A stretch of 64,000 nt of DNA from Geosiphon pyriformis uo1 (taxonomy: Eukaryota; Fungi; Glomeromycota): contig JAAOMT010000571.1 of assembly GCA_016748015.1 (NCBI GenBank), positions 809,095-873,094 on the forward strand, read 5' to 3'. Position numbers and translations under genes: made by a program. The notes beneath the pieces were generated by a model. The model did no database searches. It was not told where the DNA came from and saw nothing but the letters and a program-made list of their open reading frames with translations. Shown one piece after another: positions 25,268-37,627 of the stretch (positions within the stretch are counted from its first letter, which is position 1; each line of letters begins with the position of its first letter).

Positions 25268-28260
25268 ATGTCTCGCCGGTTAAAAGCGATCCTTTTTTAT
25301 GGAGCTCTATGCTTTTTCAGACTCTGGTCTTCACTTTCGTATGGTTATGTTCACCCTGACGAGTTTTTTCAATCGCCTGAAATAATGGCAGGTAAAACAA
25401 CCCCTTTCTAGCCTTTACAAATATTTTTAACAAGTTCCTATAAGAGCAAAGGGCTTGGCAAACATCTTTAAATCGGATTTAAACTTTCGCAAGTTTAAAA
25501 TCAAATTAATCGACATCTAAAGAACTCACCGAACTTGGTTTTGTTTTTTTCCTTTGCGATCCTATTTTTTCTACTTACACCCTCTATGCTCGGCGATATA
25601 ATACTTAAGGTGATATATTGGGCTGTGAGGTGTATCGACCCTGGGAATTTAACGAACTGACTCCTTCCCGGTCCATTGTGGTGCCGTAAGTTTAACATAG
25701 AACTCTCGTAATTTGATGGATCATTTTCATGTTCTCAGTGTAACCATGTTTTGGCAATGAATTTGGTCAATATGTTCAAAAAGTGCATTGACCACCGGAT
25801 TACCTCTCTATTTTCTGAAAACATACAACGAATGGCAAAAGGGAGTTCTGGGGAGAGATGGTAAATATATAATTTAGTAAATTGAATATTTCTGCTTTTA
25901 TAACTTGTAGCCATACTTATCTAATCTATTTTTTGGCCTTTCAGATATTATTGACTCATCGATGGTTTTCACGATTGTGCGCCTAACATTTTTTTTCTTA
26001 TCATTCATTATTGGTAAAATTTTTGTTAAAATATTATTATTTAAAGTTTGTGTATATCTTAAGTGTTGTTTTTTTTCCAGATTTCTCTACATATCAAATA
26101 GCGTCCTTACACCAGGAGCAACAGTGTGACAAGGAAGGAAAATCTAACGATGCTTTTCAAGCCTTATTTTTAGTCGCATCATCATATGTAGTGCTCATTT
26201 TTCACACGCGACCATTTTCCAATGCTGTTGAATCCATGATACTTTCGCTCTGTTTCTATATCTATTTAAAAGGTACCCTTGTTACCGATCTTAATGATAA
26301 GAAAATGGAGAATGAGGGGACTATTCAGAAGGTATTTTGAAAGTTTCTTAATTAATACATTATTTATGTCTTTTATTTAATATTCCTTCTTATCTCAGAA
26401 TGGAACATCGTTTCCTTTGAATCTTGCATTTACTTTGGGATGCCTTGCAGCGTTAGGCATATTTACTCGAATCACTTTCATTTTATTCTCCATCCCAATC
26501 GGTATCGCGTTTCTTTTTCGTAGTTTATTTGCGCCTGGAAATGAGCTGAAAAGTGGTGTGTAGGTATTTTATGGTTATTGAATGAAGAGACCATTATAAT
26601 TTCATTCGCCAGATATTGAACTCACGGTTTTGATCTTCAAAAGGCACGAAAAACTTAAAGAGGTCACACCAGTTGGAATCAGTTTTTTCCTGACGAGTGG
26701 TATTTGCATAATTTTAGATTCGATTTATTTCGGCACATTGAAGATTTTCTTTGCAGGCCAGAGGTTCAGAATAAATCACTTGTTTGATATCATGCGAGAG
26801 CCCAAAAGATTATTTGATTTACATTGGAGTGTATGCATAATGTTAAATGGTCATTTTCCCACATACGAATACTTTATTAATTTCCCTCTTATTTTAGGGC
26901 AAATTAGTGATTGCTCCTCTCAACAATATTTTGTATAATCTCAACACCAGTAATTTGGCCGAGCATGGTCTCCACCCGCGATACGTTCACTTTATCAATT
27001 ATGCTTTACTATTCGGACCAATGATTTATTTTAATTTAATGGACATTTATGGATTTCTCAAACGGTTTCAATCAAGTTTTTTGTTTGACTGTAAAGGTGT
27101 GTGAACCCGGCTTGTTTGAATCCACATCTCTTTGTTGCAAGCTAATGTTTTGCTAATTTATCCAGATTACCATCTGCTTGCGGTTTTAACTTTTAGTGGA
27201 ATCTGTGGTTTCACATTGTTGTCTGTCATGCCACATCAAGAAGCAAGATTTCTTTTACCGATGTTGTTGCCAGTTGTATTAAACACTTCCTTACAAAAAA
27301 AACTATCCAGACGTTTTTGGGTAATTATTTTTAAATTATAATAATTTAACACAATTTCTAAACGTTCTCCACACTTTTTCATCAATCACATTTAGTCAGT
27401 ATGGATATTTTTCAATCTGTTTGCCTTGATATTTTATGGTGTATTTCATCAATCCGGTATTGTACCTATGCTTGGAAAATTGCAATACCAAAAGATGGGA
27501 TTCAAAAATTGTATTGAAATTGGCTACCGTCACATGGGATGTGAACTAGTAGAACAGATGAAGTCAGGTAAACGGCATTAAACGTTTCTATTGTGATCGA
27601 AACGAGCAAAACTTATATGGAGACTTCATCTTCTATTTCCGCCAATAGAATTCAATACTGGGAATGTATTTCACACAAATATCATCTTTTACAAGACATT
27701 CATGCCTCCCCGGCATCTACTTTTATATCCGAAACCAAACCGAGGTATGGAACTAGCTTCAACAGTAAAAACATTAGCCTATAAATCAATAACCAAATAT
27801 TCATATTGAAAATTTAAAGCTACCAAGAATCAAATTACAATTCACGATCTTGCGGGAGCCCCAAAAGAAGAGGTTGAAAAATTATTGCGTTCGAGATTGG
27901 CGGTAAAAAACATTCATATTGATCGCTATCCTTGGAGACGATGGGCAGTTTTTAAAGAGCGAGAAGATGTAGCTAGAGTTTATGAAAGGTAACCCATCAT
28001 TTAGAAGAAAATTTTACAGCATCAACTTATTCAAGGCCTCTTGGCCATTTATATTTAATAGGACAATTCTGGTCACTCCTTCGACATCGGTTTTACCAAC
28101 ATCAAAAGAGTTATCATTACCTCTAACTTCAAATACGACAAAATTTATTGATTTACAGTTGATTGATTGGCAATGGCCACATTTGAACACCGACCATTTT
28201 GATCGGGTGTTGAGCCATGGTCTGTATTTAAATGTATATCTACTTGTACAGATTGGGTAA
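25268..28260 (+). CDS. SMP3: GPI alpha-1,2-mannosyltransferase 4 (Smp3/PIG-Z, GT22), ~13 exons
   Basis: Motifs [69 protein letters not shown] and [11 protein letters not shown] are recovered by in-phase splicing. Confidence 0.93.
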
Positions 28261-28581
28261 CTTTAAAAGTTATCCGAAGAAATAGTTTAAGGGTTGTAAC
28301 ATTCCAAGGTTATAGGGTACACACAATTTAAAATCCTGCAAAGCCAATGAAATGTTCAAAATACACTCGCAGAAATCGCCTGCCTTCAAATCTACTGATG
28401 ATAGTGTATCAATTTTCTATTGAAAAATCCTCCAATCAAGACCAGAATGATTAGCCAATATATGATAGCCTTCTTGACTTTCACTCTCGGAGCTATCTAG
28501 AAAATACCCCGCTCATTTGCTATTCTCTAAAACTTGAAGGCCCTCGCGGCTAGTAACAATATTTAAATGATTGTTTGCACT

Positions 28582-29204
28582 TTAATCTTTTTCTGAATTT
28601 CCATAGTTTTCCACTTTAAATCCGTTATTTTTCCATTCATCATATCCACCAGATAAGCTTTTGATGTTCTCTTTTTTGTAGCCTAGACGAATAAGACTCT
28701 CAGCAGCAAGAATGCTATAAATTCAACTAGAATTAGCAATGGTCTAATTGTAACGAAATTATGCTTAAAAAATTACTTGCCTTCTGACTCCGCCCGCGCA
28801 ATAAATAACTACATTCTTACCATTTTCCCCGTTTACTTCCTCAACACTCACCACTTTCCTTTCCACGTCACGTTCCAATACACCACGTGGTAAGAGAATC
28901 GCCCCAGGAATAATCCCTGCTAATTGCTCATCATTTTCCCTTACATCAATCACCACAGGTTTGATTTGTGAAGCGAGAGATTCATCAAGTTCTTTTGGGG
29001 AGATCTCTGAAATTGGGTAATGCTTTCTTACATGGCTTGTGAGTTCAGTGAAACGGCTATAGACGAAAGGAGTCTAATATTCATATTTAAAAAAAGAGAA
29101 GAGAGACAGTTAGGAAGGAACACAACAGAGCAAATATTGGCTTATGAAGTTGTAAAGTATTAATGATGTATTTACCAAAGACAGTTGTCGAGAATAAGTT
29201 GCAT
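28582..29204 (-). CDS. Single-domain rhodanese (sulfurtransferase), 3 exons; start exon tentative
   Basis: VIDVRE..IPGAILLPRGVLE..VVIYCAGGVR|SILAAESLIRLGY..SLSGGYDEWK. The second intron (28715-28780) is GC-AG. Putative first exon MQLILDNCL from 29204. Confidence 0.85.
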
Positions 29205-29869
29205 GTGCCAGAAGTTTTGTCTTGGGAAGAAATGGCGACTGGTGCCAAAAGTTGGTTATGAGAAAAATTTGTCATAAGATTAAGCTTGAAACATAGGTGA
29301 AAACTCAAAGCAACCTTGAAAAGTCCAAGCATTTTTTTTTTTAATAAACTATATAAATCAGCATAATTTTAAACAATATGAATTCATATTGTATATTATA
29401 TACGTATGTTTTAATTTATTAGCATGTTTTAATTTTTATTTATGAATAACTATATTGAAAATTTTCGATTGAATGATTTTAATTACTCTTAAATGCAAAT
29501 AGAAAGGTTATTAATTTTATTAATTAACAAAATCAAAGATTTAAAGAATTTTTTTTTCACTTAATTTTAACAAAATTACAAACATATAAATAAATAAAAT
29601 CATTGATAGAAATTATTACCAAAAAAGCTAAAAATACGAATTTATATTGTAATTATATAAATATTGTTAAATTAACCGAAATTGTTAATTATTCTTATAT
29701 TAATTTAAAATATTTAATATACAAAACTGTAACATATATATTTACTATTTATTTTCAGCAAATTAAACTGTTTTTTTACATTTTAAATTTAATTAACAAT
29801 TACTTTTTTAATATAACTAAGTTGAAAAAATTTATATACTTGAATTATATACTTTAATTTATTTATTTT

Positions 29870-30000
29870 ACAAGTATTATCTATTACAATACAGCAAATA
29901 AAATACTTTAAAATAGATATGGTTCATGTTTTAACTACATATAATCAGTTATTTAAACCAAATTCAAATATTATCTAATAATAATTTTAAAAGCTTTATA
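29870..30000 (-). mobile_element. Near-erased LINE 3'UTR relic
   Basis: tagatatggttcatgttttaactacatataatcagttatttaaacc aligns with 30471-30520 of LINE D. Confidence 0.55.
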
Positions 30001-30392
30001 AAATTTATTTAAAATGAACTGCTAACCTACTATAAAATTAAAACAAATCATGACCAAAATCTTTTTTGTAAACAAAGTTCTTAGACTTAATAATTCATAA
30101 GCTATAAATATTAAGCAAAACAAAATTGTTATTTACTATTAAACTTTTTTTTCTATATTTTATTTTAAGCTTAAAGTTTAACAACTAAATACAATTTTTA
30201 TATTTAATTATTAAATTATAAAAAAATTTAAATGTAAAAAAAATTTATTTTAATTTTTAAAAATAAAATTTTTGGTTATAGTTATAAAAAAATTACCAAA
30301 TATAATTGTATTATTAAGAACTTACAAAATTCAAAAATTAAAAATAGAATAACTTGACAAAATTGTTTATTTATTAATATTATTTTTGACAA

Positions 30393-33300
30393 TTTTTTTA
30401 TTATTATTAACGCTTTACAAGTGAGGTCCAAATGCTACTTAATACAATATATCATATAAATAATCTAAACTAGACATGAATCATGCTTTTTCTACACATA
30501 AGCAGCCACTCAGACTGATCAAGACACTACTAAGCAACTATGTGAACTGAAACATCATTACCAATACCAGAAAAGAATGAACATAACTTATAAAACCAAA
30601 GCAAACACCAAAAGCATCAGCAATTCCAAGCAATCTAATAACACCAGTAGACAATCCCAATAATAGGCTGAAAATCGAAACAGGAATTGAACTATTAAGA
30701 GAAATTAACCTGTTCCTTTCTATGAATACTCGATGTTTAGCATGAACTGACCATATGCCATCTCTGAAACTAAGACTAAGAGTGCACACAAAGTCCACAA
30801 TCCTCTGACTTGTGAGTTTGGGATCAAAAAAGACAGACACAGCCTCCTGAAACCAATTGTTGAAAACAAAACCTTTGAAAAGGACTGTGGATGCCGAAAA
30901 ATCAAATGCATAAGACAACAAAAGCTGAGACACACAAGAAAAGGAATGAGAGAGACCAGAAATTAGCTCCCAAGAAGCCGCATGGGCATTCAACAACTGG
31001 CAGTGGGTAGAGAAATCAATACCACAAAAGAAAACATGGTCAAAAGTCTCAATCTTATCATAGAACAAACATAATACACTAGGGTAATGTCTGAAATACA
31101 GATGCTTCTGAACAGCAACAGACAGGCAATAATATAAGACCTTCATAAAATATGTATGCAAGCTAGCAGAAGGTCTGTCTGTGAAGCCTGCAGCTATATG
31201 CAAATTAAGATGCCAAACCAAAGAAAAATATAACTAATTAATGTCCAATATCAAATCACCCACCAAAAACTTGGAGCCAGACCCAACTTCTCACTGCACA
31301 TAATAAACTGATCTAAATATATCCTGGACAAAATGCCTAAAATTACTAGAAATGAACACACTATCAGCCAACAGGCAATGCTTTTTTAAACAGAAGAGAA
31401 AGTGCCAATCAGAGCTGGAGACAATAGCAGCAAATGCATCCACACGATTATTCCCCACGGCACCCGAGTAACTTTTTACCTTAACCCATTCTACTCTCAA
31501 ATTTTTGCAATGAATAATGTCCACAATATGCTAACGCTCCACCCAACATTGAATATGAAAATCTGGACAAATCAGATGCAGTTCTGATTTACACACATCC
31601 AAAGCAGTCTGACTATCAGAGTATAAGCATACCAAGCTAAGAAAAGAAACACATTCCAAAGCCAGAGCTATGGCCTGCAGTTCCACCAAAGTAGAAGACA
31701 ACAAACCATTGACTCTTACACCCAAACCCAGACCAATGTTTTCAAAAAAGATGGCAGCACCAGTCTTCCTCTGGATGGTGCCCAAATCTTTTAAAGAATT
31801 ATCTGTATAGACTGACAGACTACCAGCACTAACATGAGACAAATAATCACATACCAATCTAAATTCTTGAGACTCTAGAATGCTCAAAAGAGCATCAACA
31901 CTTCCAAGAACAGATGGACCAACAGGAAAAGAAGCCATTTCACGAAAAAAAATGACAGAAAAACTAAACCAATTAAGAACCAGACCATGAGGATCCAATC
32001 TCTTCCAACACTTAAAAGTTTTCCAATTAAAAATGCCAGACCATAAGAATCCAATCTCTTCCAGTACTTAAAAGTTTTTCAATTAAAAATGACATTATAA
32101 CAATCATGGAGCTAATCCACAAAGACAACATCATACTGATATAGAGAGGAAAAATGCGCATGGAACTTAGTTTCTCCAAGAACTACTGACATAGGAACCC
32201 CATACTAATGACAAAAAAAACTGCCCAAAGAACCACTTAAAGACAGATTATTTTTTGCAAAAACACAAACCACACCAGCCAAAAAATTATTCAAAAGACT
32301 AATGCAAATATACACTAGAGAACTCAAGAAGTGAATAGAATGCCAACACAAAACTTGCAAGTCATGAGATCTATGAGAGAACATGCAACCCAAAGTCCCA
32401 CCAGAGTTCGCAAAATTCATGAGTGATGTTATTTTGCCTTCAGATTGCACCTGTTCAAAGGACTTCAAACCATAAAAGTAAGAGTAGTGGATTGAATCAT
32501 TCAGAAAATCAAGAGGAAGACCTAACTTCAGTTTAAGACCTTTTCGAATCAGAGTATCCCATTTGTTGCACACATTGAAAAGTATGAAACTGAATTGAGT
32601 CCTATAGCTCACAATAGGATGGAAAACAGCTGAAACCAAGTATAAAAATTGTTTATTTGAGATGGCCTTTCTTAACACAAGGTTGGAAAAAAAATGAACA
32701 TCTAACTGTGCTTTGGCCAAGCTAGGCTTTGAAAAATCCTCAGTTGAAAAAAAGATGCCCAGATACTGATGAGATTCCTCTTTTTTCACAATAGCAATAG
32801 GCGAGCTACTGATAATTAAAGAAGGACTACCAACTTTGCAATTAATAAAGATAACAACAGTCTTGTTTGTGTTAATAGAAATGTCATTGATCCAGAAAAA
32901 TTCACTGGCAACATTGAAAATATGCTGGGTAGCACTCTAACTACTACCAACCCAAATTGTATTATTGACAAAAGCCCCAGTAGCAAAGAAAAAAAACAAC
33001 CCAACAACAAGTTCTGGATGACCATTTTTTGAGATAAAATGAGAATTCAACCTGTACCCACACACACTTTCCTGTCTTTTAATCTTACAAAGAAGAGGAT
33101 CATAGAATATGTACCAGAGAAGTGATAAGAAAACCTCCCCCTGATCCAAGCCATCATAAACATGATACCCATTAGTTAAGCCGAAATTAGTCATAATCTT
33201 GTTGAAGTGGTTGCAATGAATACTACCAAAAAAACATATGAATTTGCTACACATTTTAATTTTAATTAAACTCTTCCTAAGATGATCCCAACCAACAGAA

Positions 33301-35103
33301 TCATATGTCTTTTACATGTTCTGCAGAACAAGCCAGAGTTTGCGGTTCTTTTCCAGAGCATCCTCTATTACTGAGCCAACTGCAAAAATAGGTGATTGTA
33401 TAGAAATATCTTTCAGAACAGAAAAGTTGTTACCACAAAGAACATCAAAGCTGCTGCATGCCAAAGAAATCTTATCAGACAAGATCTTGGTGAGAATTTT
33501 ATGGGCTGTCTTAATCAAAGCAATAGGATGGGTGTTCATGAGAATGCTTCCCATTCATATGGTTTAGGGATCATTGAAACCCAAGCCTTCCTCCAAAAAC
33601 TGGGCACTGACTCACTAATCAAACAAATATTCAAAAGTTCCAAAAACATACTCATGACAGATTTGTCACAGTGTTTCCAAAGTTCATTAGAGATACCAGA
33701 AAGACCAGCAGCTTTGCCATTAGGCAGATTAGAAACTACATCAAACAACTCATCAAAATTAATTAGTCACATCACATTTGCAAATGCACCATTGAAAACA
33801 TGCTCTAGGAACTGGTATTGACAAGACTATTCACTAGAGATGTCAGAAACCATCTTGTGTCTCCTAGTCCACCTTTCCATAATTACATCTACTTTAGTCT
33901 TGACTAACTCAGACTCCAGAATCAGTTTGTTACCAACAATTAGATGGTCCAATTCCACCTTACAGAAAGAACATTCTAAAACACTCTTGATAGTATAACC
34001 CTTATCATAAACAATGCTCTCTATATGTCTATTAATGGCAGACTTAATACTTGACTCCTGAGCCCTCAAAGATTTGGCAAGCTTGGAAGCATGATAAGAC
34101 TTTTGCACACCAAAGAGAACAGACCTTACATGCTCCAAATTCACACCAGAATCCAAAAGAATCTGCACTGCCAAGGCTTTATTGGAATCCAAGGAAGCCC
34201 AATGGCCTATTAAAGATGCAAACCTTGCAGAGTTCTGTTCACAAAATGCACTAACTATTCTCAAAACCAAAATTTTTAATCTGTAAAACCTGGAAGAGCC
34301 CTTGGTAAAGATGCTATCAAAGCCCTTAAACCATTTTTTTTTAAATGAATTATTAACTGAAAAAGCTATTACCTTATGAACAACTTCCTACATAAAATCA
34401 AGATTAGAAGACACCACAGAGGAAACAAACTCTTCAGAAAACATAGCAGCATTTGCTGCTATTGACACTTTGAATTCACACTACTTAGCATCATCAGCAT
34501 TTTTGATATCATACTTCCAATGATCTATATTTGCCTTCTTACAGAGAGAATTCAACTGTGCATTCAATAATCCACCCAAATCCACAAACACAGACACAGC
34601 CTGATAGTCAGTGTCAAAATATTTACCAACCTCCAAAACACAGTAATGTACTAATGCACCAACCAAATTCACAGAAACAAGCACATAATCAATTACTTTT
34701 ACAACTCCACAAGAATTTGACCAAGTAGGTGTCCACATTACCAAACTTCCAACCAAAGAATTAACTAATCTCAGATCAAGACATTTTTTAAAGCTGGCAC
34801 ATTTACGAGAACCATCTTTATTGAAATCACTACCAAAAATAACAAAAAAAGATTCATTCATAGCTCTACTCATAAGTGAATTGATTTCATCAGCTTGAGA
34901 AAGATAGACCATGAAAAACACACCAGCATAGAGCCCCAAAATTGAAACAGAAAGCTTATTTTTAAAAAACAGCTTGATACAAATAAGCTGACCAGGCACC
35001 TCAGAAATCTTACACATATGTCTAGCCAAAGAATTATCCATGACCACTGCAACACCTGACCCCAATTAACCAGAGTCCAACCCAGAAGTAAACACACAGA
35101 TGC
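30393..35103 (-). mobile_element. LINE copy D, 3' part (most of ORF2 and 3'UTR), interrupted by Gypsy element
   Basis: Near-colinear with copy F (54318-58955). The break falls within the APE domain. Confidence 0.95.
31980..32091. repeat. 56-bp tandem duplication inside LINE D
   Basis: 31980-32035 and 32036-32091. The segment is single-copy in LINE F. Confidence 0.9.
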
Positions 35104-35985
35104 TATTACTTATAGAAAAAAAAAACAGATATAGAAAAATAGGAAACCAATAGGAGAATAGTAGTTAGCATGTGAGCACATTGCTCAGCAATATGGAGCA
35201 ATGTCAGAAAGTATGGCACATTGTTCAGCAATGTGGAGGAATGTCAGAAATCATGGCACATCACTTAGCAATGTGGAGCAATGTTAAGAAAATATGGCAC
35301 ATTGCTTAGCAATGTGAGCATTGCTTGAGAAATTATAACACATTACTTGGGAATGTGAGCAATTTTGTAAAACCCAAATTATGTATATATAGTGGTAGTA
35401 TTAGAAGTAAAAAAGACAGACCTCTCAGTTTAGATTTGATCTAAGCAATCTTCCATTTACAAATATTAATAAATAATTATTCACCATTTTAATCCACTCT
35501 CCACTATCAACACTTTATGTTGATAGTAAGTGATACTTAACCACATGAGAACAATAGCTCTTGATCACGGCTATTGACAGGATACTAACTTGCAATTGCT
35601 TTCATTTATTTCTTTATTTTTTTATTTTATTTTCTTTGTTTTGTCATTTTGTTGGTTTTATTAAACTGATTAAAAATTAAGTACTGAGTTATTGACATTA
35701 AGGATAGCCTGGTAAAAAACCCCAAAAGAAGAGTATAGGAATTGAGAATTTAAAGATAGCTTACCAAAAGGGCATTTCTCCCAAGATTACCAGTTACCAT
35801 GCTAAGAAAGAAATTCGATGGAATTGCAATTTCAGGAGACTATGGAAAAGACAATACTTGAATCTCTGTTCATTATACAAAGAACTCCACAACAAAACCT
35901 TTAGATATTAACACCAGAATACCAACCCAGCACCAAGTTATGGATTTGTTATTTGACTTGAGATCCCAAATAATCATCTGTAACA
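35104..35985 (+). repeat. 5' LTR (882 bp), family A
   Basis: T(A)TTAC...GTAACA termini; direct repeat of 43293-44134. Confidence 0.95.
35177..35360. repeat. ~40-bp tandem array (5 units), each with the palindrome CACATTGCT-N-AGCAATGTG, upstream of a TATA-like TGTATATATA
   Basis: Directly visible; 4 units in the 3' LTR and 5 in the LTR at 62394. Confidence 0.9.
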
Positions 35986-36005
35986 TTTGGTGCTTCCTGT
36001 AAGAT
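35986..36005 (+). promoter_or_regulatory. Primer binding site, probably for tRNA-Ile(UAU)
   Basis: TT-TGGTGCTTCCTGTAAG directly after the LTR, with similar TGGTGCTC at 37584 and 63258. Resembles the complement of the eukaryotic tRNA-Ile(UAU) 3' end (TGGTGCTCCAGGTGAG). Confidence 0.7.
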
Positions 36006-36048
36006 ATAATTCTACAGAGAACCAGTACCAACTACACTCATCTCAAAA

Positions 36049-36598
36049 GTGGCAGAATCAAAAAGTATAAGAGCAAACCATTTAGGATTCGCGAAATCCT
36101 TATTTCAACACTACTGTCAACACTTAAAATTAAACCAAAATCATATATCAGTAGAATCAGCCTTCAATTTCTATGTCAATGAGAGAATTGCATATTTGTT
36201 AGGAACACTAGTAAACACTGAATCAGCAAAAGAAACTTTTTACCATGAATTAATCCAAAACACCAGCCTACCAACAAATTATAATTTTACATACATCATT
36301 ATTAAGATTAATAAAGAAATTGAACATCACATACAACAAAGATATTCAATCACTTATGCTAGTAAAGGCAAAGGAAAATTACAAACACCAGCAATGACAC
36401 CAAAACAAATACAACCACCCACTTGGAAAAAAACCAGAGTTGAATCACCAACAAATTCATTATACTACTATATACCTGGAAGCACCATCAACATCACATC
36501 AACAAGTGCGTTCATATTACACACGACATCAATCTTTGGACGATTTCCATTTTAGAGTAAACAAAGAAAAGAAGATTTTCTAAAACCATACGGCACGT
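36049..36598 (+). pseudogene. gag N-terminal fragment of family A element, truncated by nested LTR
   Basis: Follows the PBS; homologous to 63316-63865. Confidence 0.8.
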
Positions 36599-37581
36599 TG
36601 TTATCAAATGAAATTAAAGATATTATTTAGCATGAAATTATCTTATAAATTCTACCATTAATTAGCATATATTATTGTTTCAAATTATCACTTATTACAT
36701 TAGCAAAATGTCTGAAATTATCATTTAAATTAATAACCCAATTTGTACACAACACAAATGTAACTTAATTGTGATGATCAATCATGCAATACCCCAAATT
36801 ATGTAATATTCAAAAGTTTGCCGAAATTTGTAGAAATTTGCCGAAATAATTGATAGTTCACCAAAATATCTAATAGTTTGCATAAATAACTTGTAGTTCG
36901 CCGAAATGTATCTTTAGTTTAGTGAAATTGTAGAAAATAGCAAAGTTCAAGTTCATAGAATAGTGTTATGACAAGTTGTATAAAAGAAAAGCATCTCTCT
37001 TTGAGAAAATGTATCTTACTTTAGATTTATCACTTAGAACCATTCCTATACACACAAAAAGAAATAAATATCAAATAATTCAAAAAACCAAATTCTTTAA
37101 ATTATTGCACTTGGAAAATCTTCAAAACCCAACTAACGTTTTGAAATTAATTAGCTACCAATTTCAGTAAACTGTTAGTAACTCCAGGCCTGAATAGAAA
37201 AACGTTTCCCTTGATAAAATCCTATTTCTTTTACATTTCTTTTATTTTTCTTTTCTTTTCTTTTCTTATTACAATTATTAGGGTAGCCTACAGACAAGAT
37301 TCCTGTAGAAGAGTTAACTTTCACAGCAAAGTAACTACACATTTTAGTGAGCTTTCAGACAAGCAATTCCTGAAAAAGAGTTGATGTTTACTACAACATA
37401 ACTACAAAAGTAACTGGCATGGAATTGGCCATTCCACTTATAAGCCCAGCAGTTCAAATTATAGGAAATAATTTGAAGATAAATTCAGTTACTGGAGGTT
37501 CAACCAATCCAGAAAACGTGAATTTACAGCAAACAGGCATCAACAACAATTAAAAAAAGAGACCAAAAACCTCTGGTAACA
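36599..37581 (+). repeat. Nested LTR of a second Gypsy family (B), unpaired in this window
   Basis: TGTTAT...GGTAACA termini and an immediate PBS (TTTGGTGCTC). Interrupts gag A exactly where homology to 63860 stops. Has an internal ~20-bp repeat and a TATAAAAG box. Confidence 0.85.
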
Positions 37582-37627
37582 TTTGGTGCTCTTTCACAGA
37601 AATAACACAGCAACAACAAAATTCAAA

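Noticed and set aside
28582-29204. Recent bacterial horizontal transfer of the rhodanese (CAGGVRS loop resembles bacterial enzymes)
   Set aside because: It has spliceosomal introns and host-like composition. Origin cannot be judged without a phylogeny.
69-29204. U12-type minor introns
   Set aside because: No RTATCCTT donor was found among the modelled introns.
29087-29857. ORFs 29087-29332, 29603-29857 (also 20844-21044, 36976-37170) as genes
   Set aside because: They are chance ORFs in UTR/intron, AT-rich or LTR sequence with no recognisable protein features.
35104-35110. Non-canonical TA..CA LTR termini (35104, 62394)
   Set aside because: The 3' LTR retains TG (43293), and TG>TA fits the G>A bias.
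35177-35360. CRISPR-like array (palindromic repeats with ~21-nt spacers)
   Set aside because: Spacers are homologous to each other, the array is inside an LTR in a eukaryote, and there are no cas genes.
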